A program made the translations under genes and the position numbers. From the NCBI RefSeq assembly GCF_024521635.1, contig NW_026250415.1, positions 248,001 through 312,000 on the forward strand: DNA of 64,000 nucleotides. The letters are read 5' to 3'. This stretch comes from Tricharina praecox. Its lineage: Eukaryota. Shown piece by piece: positions 62,304-64,000 of this stretch; position 1 is the first letter of the stretch; each line of letters opens with the position of its first letter. A model generated the notes under the pieces. It ran no database searches, was not told the origin of the DNA, and was given only the letters and a program-made list of their open reading frames with translations.

Positions 62304-64000
62304 TTACGCGCTCGCGCCCGCCCTCTTCCCGACCGAAACAATCGACGGCAAGTCTTTACACTCAGTCGTTTCGTTAGTATTCAGGTCGACGACCCTAACG
62401 CCCTCGAGGGTGAGTAGACCCGTCGTCAGCGGGACGAAGCTGAGCTCCGTTGTGTGGCAGGCCGAGGGCATGAGCGGGCTATGTTCCTGTTAGAATGATC
62501 CAGCTATAGGGGGTGGGGTAGGGGAGACGTACCCGATTCTGACATCGTGGACCAACGGGACGAGTTCCGCGGGTTCCAGGTAGCGCGACTTGTGCGACTG
62601 GTAGACCATGGACTCGTCGATGACGGGCTCGGGGGGGTCTGCGCCCGCGGGGGTAGCCGGCAGTGTCTTTCCGTCGCCCACACGCTTGCGCTTCGGCGGG
62701 ATGAGCAGCGCGAGCTTCCGGGTGCGGCTGGACCGGTTGACGACGAAGACCGACCACGTGAATGTCTCGCCGACGTACACTCGCGACGGTCCAGTGAACG
62801 TCACGGTGAGGCCTTGTGTGCCCCCGTCGGCTATCGATGGCCCGTGGCTCTGTGAGAAGCCGCGCACGTCCATGGGCGGTGTGAAGACAACGTTTGGGGA
62901 GGGGAGGGGGGCGGCCGCAGGATATCCTGGACGGATGCCGGATGAGGCCTGGACTGTGGCGCCGTGGACGATTGCGCCGAGTGATGGGGGTCGGTGGGCT
63001 CGCTGGATTCCCGCGTGGGGGGAGAACACCGGAGGAGCTGAGGGTGGTGCGAAGTCTACTGTTGTCGTCCAGTTCGTGTAGATTTGTGGGTGGCAGGTTT
63101 CAGAGACCAGTGCTGTGGCTTTGAGGCTGACCGATATCGCTTTGACTTGTGAGCCTGGTGGTGGTGTTTGCGTAGGCGTCATCTCGCTGCCGGTATCTAT
63201 CTGTGTCAGGGTGTAGAGGAACGTCATGTCGTCGCGCGGCCGACATGTAACCGGCAATGCGGTGGATGGCGAATCCCCGACCAATGTCGCCTTGCCCCCG
63301 TCTACGGTGATGTCGACGCTGTTGATACTGACATTGCAATCGCTGAATGGCGTAATCTCAAGATCGAGGGATGCGATTACGATGTGCCTGCTACCAGAGG
63401 GTATCCGGGAGTATCGCAGGCGAATATTAATCGCCGGATAGATGTTGAACGCCCTCTTCGCCGCATAGCCCAGCGGTCGGATTGCTTGCTGCGGAGCTTG
63501 GGTGATCGGGATGACGCGAGATACTCTGTGGGCCGACAAGCGAGGGGACGCCTTAGACACCAAGGGGTCTTCGGCAAACGACTCGAGCAGGTTGACCCCC
63601 ATGGGATGTCGGGATGTCATGTAATCATCTTCGAACAGCGGTTTCTGTAGCTCAGCAGGCCGCAAGGTAGCCGAGCAGGTGAGGAGCACTTTGGGATTGT
63701 TGAGACGGGCTCGTGGATGGCCGAGTGGAACCTGTAGCTTCCATACCGCGAGTCGCGTCGTCGACTCTCCGATCGAGATTCTAGGCGTATCTTTTTCGTT
63801 GATGACTGTTTGAAACAACAGGTGCACCGAGTCTTGTGTCCTCCCCGGATGGCCCTGTTGCTGCTTCTGTCCGTCGATCGCCGTGACCTCCAACGAAACG
63901 GCGAGGCGGGCGAGGTAGTGCTCGTAGAGCTCGTTGCTCAAAGGAACCAAAATTTGTAGGACGATAAAGACGGGCAGTTCCTCATCTGCGGCAAGATTTA
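62304..64000 (-). CDS. TRS65: TRAPPII subunit Trs65, 5' end beyond the window
   Basis: PVTCRPRDDMTFLY, GLTVTFTGP..V.VGE.F.W.VFVVNRS, DVRIG|PLMPSACHTTELSFVPL..G.L.LEGVRVVDL; stop at 62304. Confidence 0.85.

Overview
Eukaryotic, intron-rich fungal genomic DNA from a filamentous ascomycete. Pezizomycetes is my inference from gene style and from repeats decaying at CpG with no sign of RIP. Bases 1-~14.5 kb form a repeat-rich block. It holds three copies of one Ty3/Gypsy chromovirus family nested inside one another (LTRs 4227-4915, 6143-6831, 6975-7666), a decayed NACHT-ankyrin NLR-like gene (~8839-12646) and MITE/hAT-like remnants. Bases 15.3-64 kb hold conserved genes: CTF18, an APSES/ankyrin Swi6/Cdc10-type factor, a LYR-motif protein, GTT3-like, SPO71/mug56, an ats1-like GNAT, SFP1, DUS3, YET3/BAP31, a PLP aminotransferase, an NMA111-like protease and TRS65 (truncated by the window end). 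The most notable signals are: (1) an unexplained modular repeat, with 12 core copies at 30.6-32.0 kb and related copies at 51 and 61 kb; (2) a tRNA-independent self-priming PBS and a -1 frameshift slippery site with a candidate pseudoknot in the retrotransposon; (3) a short amyloid-like N-terminus on the NLR. Exon boundaries were read by eye and need confirmation. No database searches were run.
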